The translations under genes and the position numbers were made by a program. The notes under the pieces are model-generated. The model searched no databases. It saw only the letters and a program-made list of their open reading frames with translations, and had not been told where the DNA came from. This document shows positions 8,043 through 17,700 of a stretch of DNA of 64,000 nt, piece by piece. The DNA lies in the NCBI GenBank assembly GCA_943787465.1, contig CALSMN010000003.1, forward strand, positions 65,093-129,092. Reading direction: 5' to 3'. Source of the DNA: an uncultured Bacteroidia bacterium (GTDB lineage: Bacteria; Bacteroidota; Bacteroidia; NS11-12g; UBA9320). Within the stretch, counting starts at the first letter, position 1; every line of letters starts with the position of its first letter.

Positions 8043-9508
8043 AAAAAATAGATGACATATTCAAAGACGGACTCCAAGATAAGGGGTTGCCGTATTCGGA
8101 TGCGAATTGGAATATGATGGCTGCTCTTTTGGATAAAAAAGTGAACTTTTTTGTCCGATATAAATGGTGGCTGAGATCTGCAGTATTTGTTGGATTGACA
8201 GGGTCAATCATAGGGTTGCATTACTTTTTTTCGGATTCTTTACACACAGCAAGTTCATCAGATACGATGGAGATGGATATTATATCGCAATCTTCAAAAG
8301 AGAAATCTATATCACTCAACCAAGAAAAGACGAAATCCAATTATTCTCAAAAATTGCAAGAAGGAATTGCAGAAATCACTCAATCCAAGAATTTTATGGG
8401 TAACGAATCATTATCTAAAGACTCATTTGAGGGGATAAAATTGAATCATACGATTCAAAAATCAATGAAGATTTTTGGCGATGATCAATTGTTAGATTTG
8501 AAAAGAATTACAAACATAGATCATCACGAAGCCTCATCAATTAAAGGAATATCGAAATTGAATCTTGTGCATGGTGATTATCCAAAAAAAATGGAAGATG
8601 CTCTTGAGCAAGATCAGCTAAGCCAGATTATTGATGATAAATTTCAAGAGGATATTATCCCAGCTTTTAGGCTTAATCATTTAGAAATACTAAAGTTAGA
8701 TCCAAGAGTATGTAACGGGTTTGACTATGTTTTCCCCAATGCTTCTGGAGCATATATTGAGGGAATGAAAAATCCCAATACCTCATGGGTTTTTTATGCT
8801 TCCGTGTATGGAGCGGCATTACAATATCAAAGAAAATTGAGTATGGGGAGTATAACAGACGAAAATAATTTGAAATCAAAGGAAAGTTCACAGATAACGT
8901 CTGGTTTTGGAGTCCATTTTTCTGCCCAAAAAGGACGCTGGTCCTGGGTAAGCGGATTGGGCATTAAGACTATCCAAGAACAAACAAACTATCAAACTAC
9001 ATCTACAGAAACACATTATGTATATGGCTTAAAGTTACTTAACAGAAATTACACCACAACTCCACGGGGAACGACTATTGCTTTAATAGGAGATGTGATT
9101 ATAGATAGTACTTCTTCAATAGTAACTCAAGATCTCTGTGTAGATTGTATGGCTAATTTTCAATATTGGAGTATACCTCTTCGGTTGCAATACAATACAA
9201 AATCTAGAAATCGACTGTCTTACTATGGTGCTTTGGGAGTAGATCTAGACATTCTAAAAAGTACTACAGGGTTCTATACGGATGCTGATCATGGAGTTTT
9301 GATAACGAAAGACCTATCAGAAGCGGTTTTAAAATCAACAGTAATTCAACTTCATGGTGCTATTGGTGCAAAGTATTCTATAACGAGTAGATGGAAATTA
9401 TGGACGGGTTTGGGGTATGGATATAGTTTGCAATCCATGACCAAGAATTATAGTCAAAAGCCGCGAATACAATCGTTAAATTTAGGTGTTGAATTTAAGT
9501 TGAATTAA
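8039..9508 (+). CDS. Anti-sigma-like membrane protein. It has a short cytoplasmic N-terminus, one TM helix and a C-terminal outer-membrane beta-barrel-like domain. The listed ORF uses a TTG start that overlaps the upstream stop.
   Basis: The 4-nt TTGA overlap with the sigma remnant suggests translational coupling. TM at about aa 45-65. C-terminal alternating aromatic/hydrophobic strands (LWTGLGYGYSL ... LNLGVEFKLN). Confidence 0.45.
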   Translation: MKKIDDIFKDGLQDKGLPYSDANWNMMAALLDKKVNFFVRYKWWLRSAVFVGLTGSIIGLHYFFSDSLHTASSSDTMEMDIISQSSKEKSISLNQEKTKSNYSQKLQEGIAEITQSKNFMGNESLSKDSFEGIKLNHTIQKSMKIFGDDQLLDLKRITNIDHHEASSIKGISKLNLVHGDYPKKMEDALEQDQLSQIIDDKFQEDIIPAFRLNHLEILKLDPRVCNGFDYVFPNASGAYIEGMKNPNTSWVFYASVYGAALQYQRKLSMGSITDENNLKSKESSQITSGFGVHFSAQKGRWSWVSGLGIKTIQEQTNYQTTSTETHYVYGLKLLNRNYTTTPRGTTIALIGDVIIDSTSSIVTQDLCVDCMANFQYWSIPLRLQYNTKSRNRLSYYGALGVDLDILKSTTGFYTDADHGVLITKDLSEAVLKSTVIQLHGAIGAKYSITSRWKLWTGLGYGYSLQSMTKNYSQKPRIQSLNLGVEFKLN

Positions 9509-9512
9509 ATTT

Positions 9513-10697
9513 TTACCATGGACTTTGACCCTGGTTTAAGTCTAATTCTAAACCATTACTCTTTTTGGGTTCCAGTTTCTTTACCTGAAAATAATTCATA
9601 AATTCTTCCTTATTGTAGGTGTCTACATCCCATTCTTTTATAATTTTCCCTTTAGATATTTGAAGAATTCTAGGGTATGTTTTTCCTTCCAACAATCGTT
9701 TAAATATACCAAAATCGTCAATTCTGAAATGTGGGTCTTTTGTATTTCCTGCTTGAGAAAAGAAATAATTCTGTTCATATTCGGTACCATAATTAATTAA
9801 AAATAATGAGGGTATTTTTGGGGAGGATCTCATAGCATATAAGTCACGGTATACTTCTTGGCAGTGGCTGCAAGTCATGCTAAATAAGCACACAAGAGTC
9901 GTATCATTAGAAACTATAGCAGATTTTGACTCAGGGACGTAACTGAGGAGCGTTTGAATTGTTGGGCTAAGGCGTATTTGCTTTTTTGTTACAGGTATTT
10001 TATCTACTTTATTGTTAGTATCACGTTTCTTTACACCGTTTGATAGGATGTTTTCCTTATTGTTTGTTTCGATTACATTATCTGTATTGGTCAAATCTAT
10101 TTTTGAAGTGTCTTGTATTTCGGTTGAAGATATATCATCCCATAATACAGTCGCAATTTGTTCATCATTGATTATTTCTGATTCATAGGATTTTACACCA
10201 AAACTTAGAGTAAATAAAGTGATGATTCCAATAGATATAGGGGATACCCAACTTTTAAATGACTGTTCTTGATATTTTAACCATGCAAAGAGACCTAATC
10301 CCAATCCTATCCCATTTTTTATAATTGATTCTAAGTTAGTCATGGGCAATACATCACCAAAACAACCGCAGTTTCCAGTGACAAAACCATTCTCTTTTTG
10401 GAGGCTATCATATACTAAATGAATCGTAAAAACCAATAGTGTAAAAAGTGTAGCGGGTAAGGTTATTTTTTTGAATCCTTTGTTTTGAAGTAAAGCAACA
10501 CCAATGAGAAGTTCAATGGTTACTAATATTCGCGTTAGCCATTGTATCCAAAACATACCTTTCGGCTGATCAAAGTAGTTTTCTCCCAAAAAAAGTTCAG
10601 CAACCATCCCATCAAAAAAAGGCATGGAAATAAGTTTACTAATGGCACCGAAAATAAAAAGAAAGCTAAGCAGTAATCGACTTATTTGAACAAGCAT
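9513..10697 (-). CDS. Membrane thiol-disulfide oxidoreductase: an N-terminal MauE/DoxX-like domain with a CGCFG motif, fused to a C-terminal thioredoxin-like domain with a CSHC motif
   Basis: GNCGCFG in the multi-TM N-terminus, and FSMTCSHCQ (CxxC) at nt ~9858-9885 on the minus strand. Confidence 0.6.
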   Translation of the reverse strand: MLVQISRLLLSFLFIFGAISKLISMPFFDGMVAELFLGENYFDQPKGMFWIQWLTRILVTIELLIGVALLQNKGFKKITLPATLFTLLVFTIHLVYDSLQKENGFVTGNCGCFGDVLPMTNLESIIKNGIGLGLGLFAWLKYQEQSFKSWVSPISIGIITLFTLSFGVKSYESEIINDEQIATVLWDDISSTEIQDTSKIDLTNTDNVIETNNKENILSNGVKKRDTNNKVDKIPVTKKQIRLSPTIQTLLSYVPESKSAIVSNDTTLVCLFSMTCSHCQEVYRDLYAMRSSPKIPSLFLINYGTEYEQNYFFSQAGNTKDPHFRIDDFGIFKRLLEGKTYPRILQISKGKIIKEWDVDTYNKEEFMNYFQVKKLEPKKSNGLELDLNQGQSPW

Positions 10698-10734
10698 AGG
10701 TTTACAGGATTTAAAGTAAATTCAACTTTTAGTA

Positions 10735-12144
10735 TTATACAAGATGATTATCAGCTGCTGAAGCCATGGTTAAATCAGCTTGTTTAATGGCTGAAAATCC
10801 TTCTTTGATGTTGACCATATTGTGGTACCCTCTCATTTTGAGTATAGATGATGCTATTACCGAACGATATCCGCCAGCACAATGAATGTAAAAAGGATTA
10901 TCTTTTGGGAACGAAGCAAGCTCTTGATTAATTTGACTCAAACACACATGTTGAGCATCCTTTAAATGTAATGTATCCCATTCTCCTTGTTTTCTAACAT
11001 CGAATACTGGGAACTTGTCTGTCATCCAATCTGAGGCAAATGAATGAGTGGTAATGGTCGGGATAAAGTCAGTTTCACGACCATCCATTTTCCATGCTTC
11101 AAAACCTCCCTCAAGGTATCCAATAGTATTGTCAAAACCAACCCGACTTAATCGAGTAATAACTTCAGCTAATCGATCTTTGTCAGCAACCAATAAAATA
11201 GGTTGCTTTACGTCTTGAATTAGTGCTCCAACCCATGGAGCGAATCCACCATCTATGCCTATGAAAATGCTACGAGGTACGAAGCCTTTTACAAAATCTG
11301 CTTCATTTCTGGTGTCTAAAATTACGGCATTATGCTCTTGGGCTGCTGCTTCGAATGCTGCAGGACTCAGTGCTTTTTGTCCTTTTGACAATACCTCATC
11401 AATGGAGGCATACCCCGACTTATTCATCATTACATTCATGGGAAAATAAGCTGGAGGTGCAGTAAGACCATCTGTTACTTCTTTGATAAATTCTTCACGT
11501 GTCATATCTGCTCGAAGTGCATAATTCATTAGTTTTTGATTTCCAAGGGTGTCAACGGTTTCTTTCATCATATTTTTCCCGCAAGCACTTCCTGCTCCAT
11601 GAGCAGGGTAAACAATGACATCATCTTCCAGTTGCATTATCTTGTTTCGTAAACTATCGTATAAAATTCCAGCCAACTCTTCTTGGGTGATATTAGCTGA
11701 TTTCTGAGCAAGATCTGGTCTGCCAACATCGCCTAGGAATAAGGTATCTCCAGAGAAAATGCAATGGTTTTTGCCATTTTCATCACGCAACAAATAGGTG
11801 GTACTTTCCATGGTATGACCAGGAGTATGAAGCGCTATTATCGTGATATTGCCCAATCTAAACTCTTGTTGATCTGCAGCTATTATTGAAGGATAAGTCG
11901 GATTTGCTAAGGGACCATAAATAATATCCGCTCCAGTTTTTTCGGCCAGGGTAATATGACCACTTACAAAGTCAGCATGAAAGTGAGTTTCAAAAATATA
12001 TTTGATTTTAGCGTTCATTGCTGCTGCCTTGGCAATGTAATTATCTACCTCACGTAGGGGGTCAATAACAGCTACTTCTCCATCACTTTCTATAAAATAT
12101 GCTCCTTGAGCCAAACAATTGGTATAAATCTGCTCTATTTTCAT
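10735..12144 (-). CDS. CstB-like MBL-fold persulfide dioxygenase fused to two rhodanese (sulfurtransferase) domains
   Basis: HFHADFVSGH metal-binding motif of the metallo-beta-lactamase fold. C-terminal rhodanese modules with active-site loop HCAGGYRS. Confidence 0.75.
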   Translation of the reverse strand: MKIEQIYTNCLAQGAYFIESDGEVAVIDPLREVDNYIAKAAAMNAKIKYIFETHFHADFVSGHITLAEKTGADIIYGPLANPTYPSIIAADQQEFRLGNITIIALHTPGHTMESTTYLLRDENGKNHCIFSGDTLFLGDVGRPDLAQKSANITQEELAGILYDSLRNKIMQLEDDVIVYPAHGAGSACGKNMMKETVDTLGNQKLMNYALRADMTREEFIKEVTDGLTAPPAYFPMNVMMNKSGYASIDEVLSKGQKALSPAAFEAAAQEHNAVILDTRNEADFVKGFVPRSIFIGIDGGFAPWVGALIQDVKQPILLVADKDRLAEVITRLSRVGFDNTIGYLEGGFEAWKMDGRETDFIPTITTHSFASDWMTDKFPVFDVRKQGEWDTLHLKDAQHVCLSQINQELASFPKDNPFYIHCAGGYRSVIASSILKMRGYHNMVNIKEGFSAIKQADLTMASAADNHLV

Positions 12145-12246
12145 GGTTAACTAATTTAGGTCAAAGATAAGACGAATAAAATTTTTTCTTTTTAATAAAA
12201 GATGATAAAGCTATCAATTTAGATGATGAGGGAGTTTATTCTTCGT

Positions 12247-12789
12247 TTAAGGAAGCTGATTTATTATTTCCAATTGACTATTGACCCCCTGAGTGATTGA
12301 ATTTACAGAGATCGTAGCACCAGAAATAGCATCAATATTCTGACCTACTTTGAAATAATTTCCTTGCTGAAATTGTTTCAGCCATCCTTTATTGGCTATT
12401 TCATACCCATGATCAGATGTGTATTCTAAAACTTTTACTTGGATAATTTTGTGATTTCTATTCACTAATGTAAGGTAATAAAAATCCTCAAAATTGGATT
12501 CTTCTGAATTTTTGGGGCTACATCCTCCTATTTTACATCCCAATGCTCTAGAAATAATGGCATATCCAATTGCAGAACCGCCTAAACTAGCCTCAAATAC
12601 GTGATGGTCTGGATTCATATGGTCTGTAGATATTTCCTGTGTAAAGGAAACTTCTTTACCCCACAATTTGATCGCTGATTTATTCATTTTATTCAATAGA
12701 TGATTGGGTAAGGGCATGGAAAATTCAAGGCTTGCGGACAACATGATCAGCCCAATTAAATACAAATATTTTATTTGTCGACGGTTCAT
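12247..12789 (-). CDS. FMN-binding domain protein with an N-terminal membrane anchor or signal
   Basis: C-terminal IDAISGATISVNSI matches the FMN_bind (NqrC/RnfG-type) signature. The start overlaps the upstream stop (ATGA). Confidence 0.6.
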   Translation of the reverse strand: MNRRQIKYLYLIGLIMLSASLEFSMPLPNHLLNKMNKSAIKLWGKEVSFTQEISTDHMNPDHHVFEASLGGSAIGYAIISRALGCKIGGCSPKNSEESNFEDFYYLTLVNRNHKIIQVKVLEYTSDHGYEIANKGWLKQFQQGNYFKVGQNIDAISGATISVNSITQGVNSQLEIINQLP

Positions 12790-13976
12790 TATCTAAACCA
12801 ATAACCTACGCCTAAATTGATCATATTTAACGTATTATTATTTCCATTTATAAAGTGTTGATAGTCTCCCTTTACAACAAAATTGGGGTTTATGAACCAA
12901 GAAATTCCAGAAGTGTAAGCCCAATTTTTATAGTTTGGATTAGCGATTAAGGATGCCGATGTTTGTTGGTGTGTGTCATAATTTGAATACCTAAAAAATG
13001 GGACAACCTTATTTTTGGCATGAATTAATTTGCCTATATTGTATCCAACCTCAGCATAGTATCCGTAAGCAGTTTTACCTAAATCTTGGTTTGTAAAAGC
13101 GTTATATTGACTAGTGTTTGAAAGATTCATCAGTATTAGTTCACCCCTTGCTTCAAAATTCTTTTTTTGAAATCTAAAATCTCCACTGATCATTCGCACG
13201 CCTACGGATGAACTGTCCGCACGACTTTTCATAGATAAACTGTCATCATGTAGGTTGTGGTATAATGATGACTCCGTTTTTCCCCAATATCCGGATAAAG
13301 CCAAGTTTAATCCACGAACTCCATAGTATGTCAAACGACCAGAAACATCTATTCCTGTCATGGTAACTTGCGACCCTTTTTGTCTTGCCCCTCGAATAGG
13401 CTTTTCCCCATTTAATTTTGCTTCATTGTCAAATCCTAAAGGTCCGTTGACAGCATAAAGTTGATAACGCAATCCAATACTGGGGATGTTTCCTGCTACT
13501 CCTGCTCCAATTTCTCTCCAAGTGGTGGGTATAATGGTACTATTGATTAGGGGTCTTTCCACCCCGTTGAAAGTGGTAGGTTCATGATATTCATTAATGA
13601 TACCAATTGGGATTAATAATAAACCCGCTTGAATATTTAGCCATGGTTTTGCCTTATAATTCAAGAAGGCTTGTTCAAGATAAACTTCTTTAATGTGCTC
13701 AATTTCTATTTCGGTTATGAAGGAAGTTTTATTATCAAATTTATATCCAAACAAAAGTACTTGACGATGTACATCCAAACTGCCATTATAACTGGTTTTT
13801 TCTGCCATCGGTTGATTAAAATGAACCTCACCATAAGCAGCAAGTAGAAGATTTCCGTCTTTGCTATCTATGAGTGTTTGAGCAGAGTTTTTTAGTTGAG
13901 TTTTAGAGCTATCTGATAGCTGGGCAAATGATAGATATGGGGAGATTAAGACTATCCAAAACAGTGATTTTCTCAT
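12789..13976 (-). CDS. Outer-membrane beta-barrel protein (putative porin)
   Basis: Signal peptide LSFAQ, alternating beta-strand pattern, and aromatic-rich C-terminus VGYWFR. Confidence 0.55.
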   Translation of the reverse strand: MRKSLFWIVLISPYLSFAQLSDSSKTQLKNSAQTLIDSKDGNLLLAAYGEVHFNQPMAEKTSYNGSLDVHRQVLLFGYKFDNKTSFITEIEIEHIKEVYLEQAFLNYKAKPWLNIQAGLLLIPIGIINEYHEPTTFNGVERPLINSTIIPTTWREIGAGVAGNIPSIGLRYQLYAVNGPLGFDNEAKLNGEKPIRGARQKGSQVTMTGIDVSGRLTYYGVRGLNLALSGYWGKTESSLYHNLHDDSLSMKSRADSSSVGVRMISGDFRFQKKNFEARGELILMNLSNTSQYNAFTNQDLGKTAYGYYAEVGYNIGKLIHAKNKVVPFFRYSNYDTHQQTSASLIANPNYKNWAYTSGISWFINPNFVVKGDYQHFINGNNNTLNMINLGVGYWFR

Positions 13977-14030
13977 GGCACTGCAAATTTATTTTTATTT
14001 AGATTAATTAAAAATAGATTTCAAAAAATA

Positions 14031-14648
14031 TTAATCCATTTTTGATAAACAAGCAAAAATAAAATGCTGTTGAGTGTCAAATGGAGTAATATGGGTGTGG
14101 GTTAGCGTTTGATCAATGGTCATCAGTTTACCCCACGTATTCTTGATTTTTGCTTCATCGTACTGAGTGATTTCTATTCCACTGCATTTTAAGGGTCCTT
14201 CGCTTGAAAATGTACCAACGATACCATGGTTTGAATTTTGAGATAATAGATGGGTATATTTATCAATTTCTGATGGATTAGTAAGGAAGTGAAATGCTGC
14301 ACGATCATGCCAAATATCATAGGTTTGATTTGGTACGAAATCAAGAATATCTGAAACGATCCAGTTTATTTTATAGGCCTTATCTCCAAGTCTTTTTTGT
14401 GCTTTTTTCAGTGCAGACTCAGCAATGTCTAAAACAGTTATTTGGGAGTATCCCAATTCTAATAATGCATCCACTAGTAAACTATCTCCACCCCCAATAT
14501 CAATGATTGATGCAGATAAAGGAAGTTTTAGTTGTTGAATTAAATCCACAGATAAAGTTGGATAGGGTTGGGTCCAACTGACTTCTTGAGGGGTTTTGGT
14601 GGTGTAAATTGTTTCCCAATGTTCTTTTTTGCTCATAAGAGGATTCAA
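14031..14648 (-). CDS. Class I SAM-dependent methyltransferase (TPMT/TehB-like)
   Basis: Motif I IIDIGGGDS, an acidic motif II VLDIAE, and an N-terminal HWE..Y ... W ... P segment. Confidence 0.75.
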   Translation of the reverse strand: MNPLMSKKEHWETIYTTKTPQEVSWTQPYPTLSVDLIQQLKLPLSASIIDIGGGDSLLVDALLELGYSQITVLDIAESALKKAQKRLGDKAYKINWIVSDILDFVPNQTYDIWHDRAAFHFLTNPSEIDKYTHLLSQNSNHGIVGTFSSEGPLKCSGIEITQYDEAKIKNTWGKLMTIDQTLTHTHITPFDTQQHFIFACLSKMD

Positions 14649-14774
14649 AAGTAAAGTTAAATAAAAGAATGATTTTGCTTAATTCGAAATTATAATTTTA
14701 CTGCCAGAATCTATTATTTCTCCTTACACCATTAATTATAAATTAATATATTCGTGAATCACTATTTACATTAG

Positions 14775-17700
14775 ATGAGCGTAACAATCTTAACTTCTTT
14801 TGGCAAACGGTCTATATTTATTTTTTTGTTTTTGGGTGTTATTTCAATTCTTAACGCTCAGATTTCAAATACTAGCCAAATAGATGATTGGGGTGATAAT
14901 GGTCGTCACATTCACCAAACTCATTTAACATCTCTTCAGCTAGGGTTTCGTCAATCCGTGGATTATATTAAATCATTTTTAGAATTTCCTAGAGAACAAA
15001 ATCTTGAGATTCGTCAAGGTCGTGTGAATCCAATGGGAGAATCAATCGTCCGTTTTTATCATACAATTAATAATTATAAAGTAATTGGAAGTGAGATAGT
15101 GGCTCATTTTAATGATGGGATTCTGGTTAGTTTTAATGGAATAGTATATACTCCGAATTCTACTTTTCCATTGATTTCTGAATCCGAAGCATTTGAAAAC
15201 GCAAAGGCTATAACAGGCGGCGAAATATTTACTTGGCAAGATGAACAAGAAGAAGCATTATTAAAAATATGGACTTCGGATAGCAATGCCACTTATTTTC
15301 CAAAGGGGGAGCTAATGTACGTGCCCAAAGATTTAAATTTTATGAATTCTCATTCACTTTGCTTTCGTTTTGAAATCAATGCCATAGAGCCATTAATCAA
15401 AAAAAACATATTTATCCATGCACTAACAGGGAAAGAGTGGGCTCAAGAAAATTTATTACACGATATTGAAGTGCCTGGTATTGCAAAGACAAAGTACAGA
15501 GGAGTTAGATCAATAAAAGTAGACAGCCTAAGTTCATCTAATTTTAGATTAAGAGAGGCCGGCAGGGGGAAAGGAATTGAAACCTATAATATGCGTAAAG
15601 GAACTTCCTACGCAGCGGCAGTAGATTTTACAGATACAGATAATTATTGGGATAATTTCAATGCTAATTTTGATGAAGTTGCAACCGATGCACATTATGG
15701 AGCTGAGGTGACCTATGATTATTTTTATACTAATTTTGGTCGCAATAGTTTTGATGATAATGGAGCTAAAATTAGAAGTTATATTCATTATCGTTCGAAT
15801 TACAGTAACGCTTTTTGGAACGGTTATGTAATGACTTATGGTGATGGGAATGGTACAACTTGGTTCCCCCTTACTAGTGTTGATATTTGTGGTCATGAAG
15901 TTTCTCATGCAGTTACAACCAATAGTGCAGGGCTTATTTACAGTTATGAAAGTGGGGCATTAAATGAATCTTTTAGTGATATTTTTGGAAATGCCATCGA
16001 ATACTTTGCTGACTCTTTAATTTTCAGTTGGCGTATGGGGGAAGACATTACCGCATCCGGGAATGGAATCCGTAACATGGCAAACCCCAATAATTTTAAT
16101 CATCCAGATACGTATAAAGGTAAATTTTGGCACACTGCCCCAACGGATAATGGTGGTGTTCATATCAATAGTGGAGTGCAAAATTATTGGTTTTATCTAT
16201 TAGCAACAGGTCGTTCAGGGACAAATGATAATGGGGATGATTTTGTAGTCGACAGCATAGGGATTTACAAAGCTCAGCAAATTGCCTATCGAAACTTAAC
16301 GACATATTTAACACCTTCGTCTAATTTTAATGAAGCTCGGTATTATGCCATACAATCTGCTGCTGATTTATATGGTCCTTGCAGTGATGAGGTTATTGCT
16401 ACCACTAACGCCTGGTATGCAGTTGGCGTTGGCAGTAGATATGATAGTTCTTTTGTGATTTCTGATTTTGAGGCAGATACTTTGTTTTGTTTCTCATCAG
16501 ATGAAGTTAATTTCATAAACCGTTCAGTTAATGCTAAATCCTATCGATGGACGTTTGGTGACGGAAAAAGTTCTACTTTAAAAAGCCCTAAAAACACCTA
16601 TGGTAGTCAGGGAGATTTTACGGTAAAATTAGTTGCAGAAGGTTGCTTTTTTGGGGTTGAAGATTCGATTGAAAAGGTGAACTACATTACCATTGATTCT
16701 ATTCGGGATATTTGTAAAGCAACACTTCCTTTTCAAGGTACTTGGACAACCTATACGACTTGTAAAGGTTTTATATATGATCATGGTGGAGAATCTAATT
16801 ATGACAATCTAACTAGAGATACCATTACTATCAATTTTGGTTTGAGCGATAGCGTGAGACTTCGTTTTTTAGAATTCTCATACGAAGAAGGATTCGACTC
16901 ATTATACTTGTACGATGGCCCCAACGTTTCTTATCCATTAATTGGAGGATATACTGGGGATTCCTTGCCGAATAAAGGGGAAGCTATTCCAATCAATAAT
17001 GGGGCACTTACGTTACGTCATTTTTCTGATCAATTACTCCATTACTCTGGATACAAAGCTGAGTATATTGCTTATCGGCCACCATTAAGTCTCGATTTAA
17101 CGGAAGATACTACTGTCTGTTTCAAACAAGATGTATGGCTAACTGCATACGGATCTGGAGGAGACGCTGCAGATTATTCATACTCCTGGAACGGTATAGA
17201 TGGATCAGACAGTTTGTTAATCAACCCTACCTCAGATACCGTAATTTACCTCCAATTTGGGGATGCTTGTATGGAGGAATACTTATATGATTCTGTCAGT
17301 ATTAAAGTGCTTGATCCATTAATAATAAATGCAATTCCTGATACTACTCTCTGTTATCTTGAATCGATAGAACTTATCGCCTCTGCAAAAGGAGGTAGAT
17401 CGGCGGATTACATTTTTTCTTGGTTACCTTTTGGAACAGACACAAATTTTTGGGATACATCATTCACCCTTAGCACACCAGTTTCTGTGATTGTTTCGGA
17501 TGGATGTACACCAGAGCATGATACCACTTCCTTTTGGGTGAATGTTAGAGACTCTTTATCACACACTCCAAGCCTTTTGCAACAACTTTGTCAGGGGGAG
17601 TCAACCAATTTAAATCTAGTGCCACAGGGTGGGCTAGGTGTTTATGATTTCACCTATTCTGATGGCTTAAATATAGCCAAGTCATCATCCACTTTATGGA

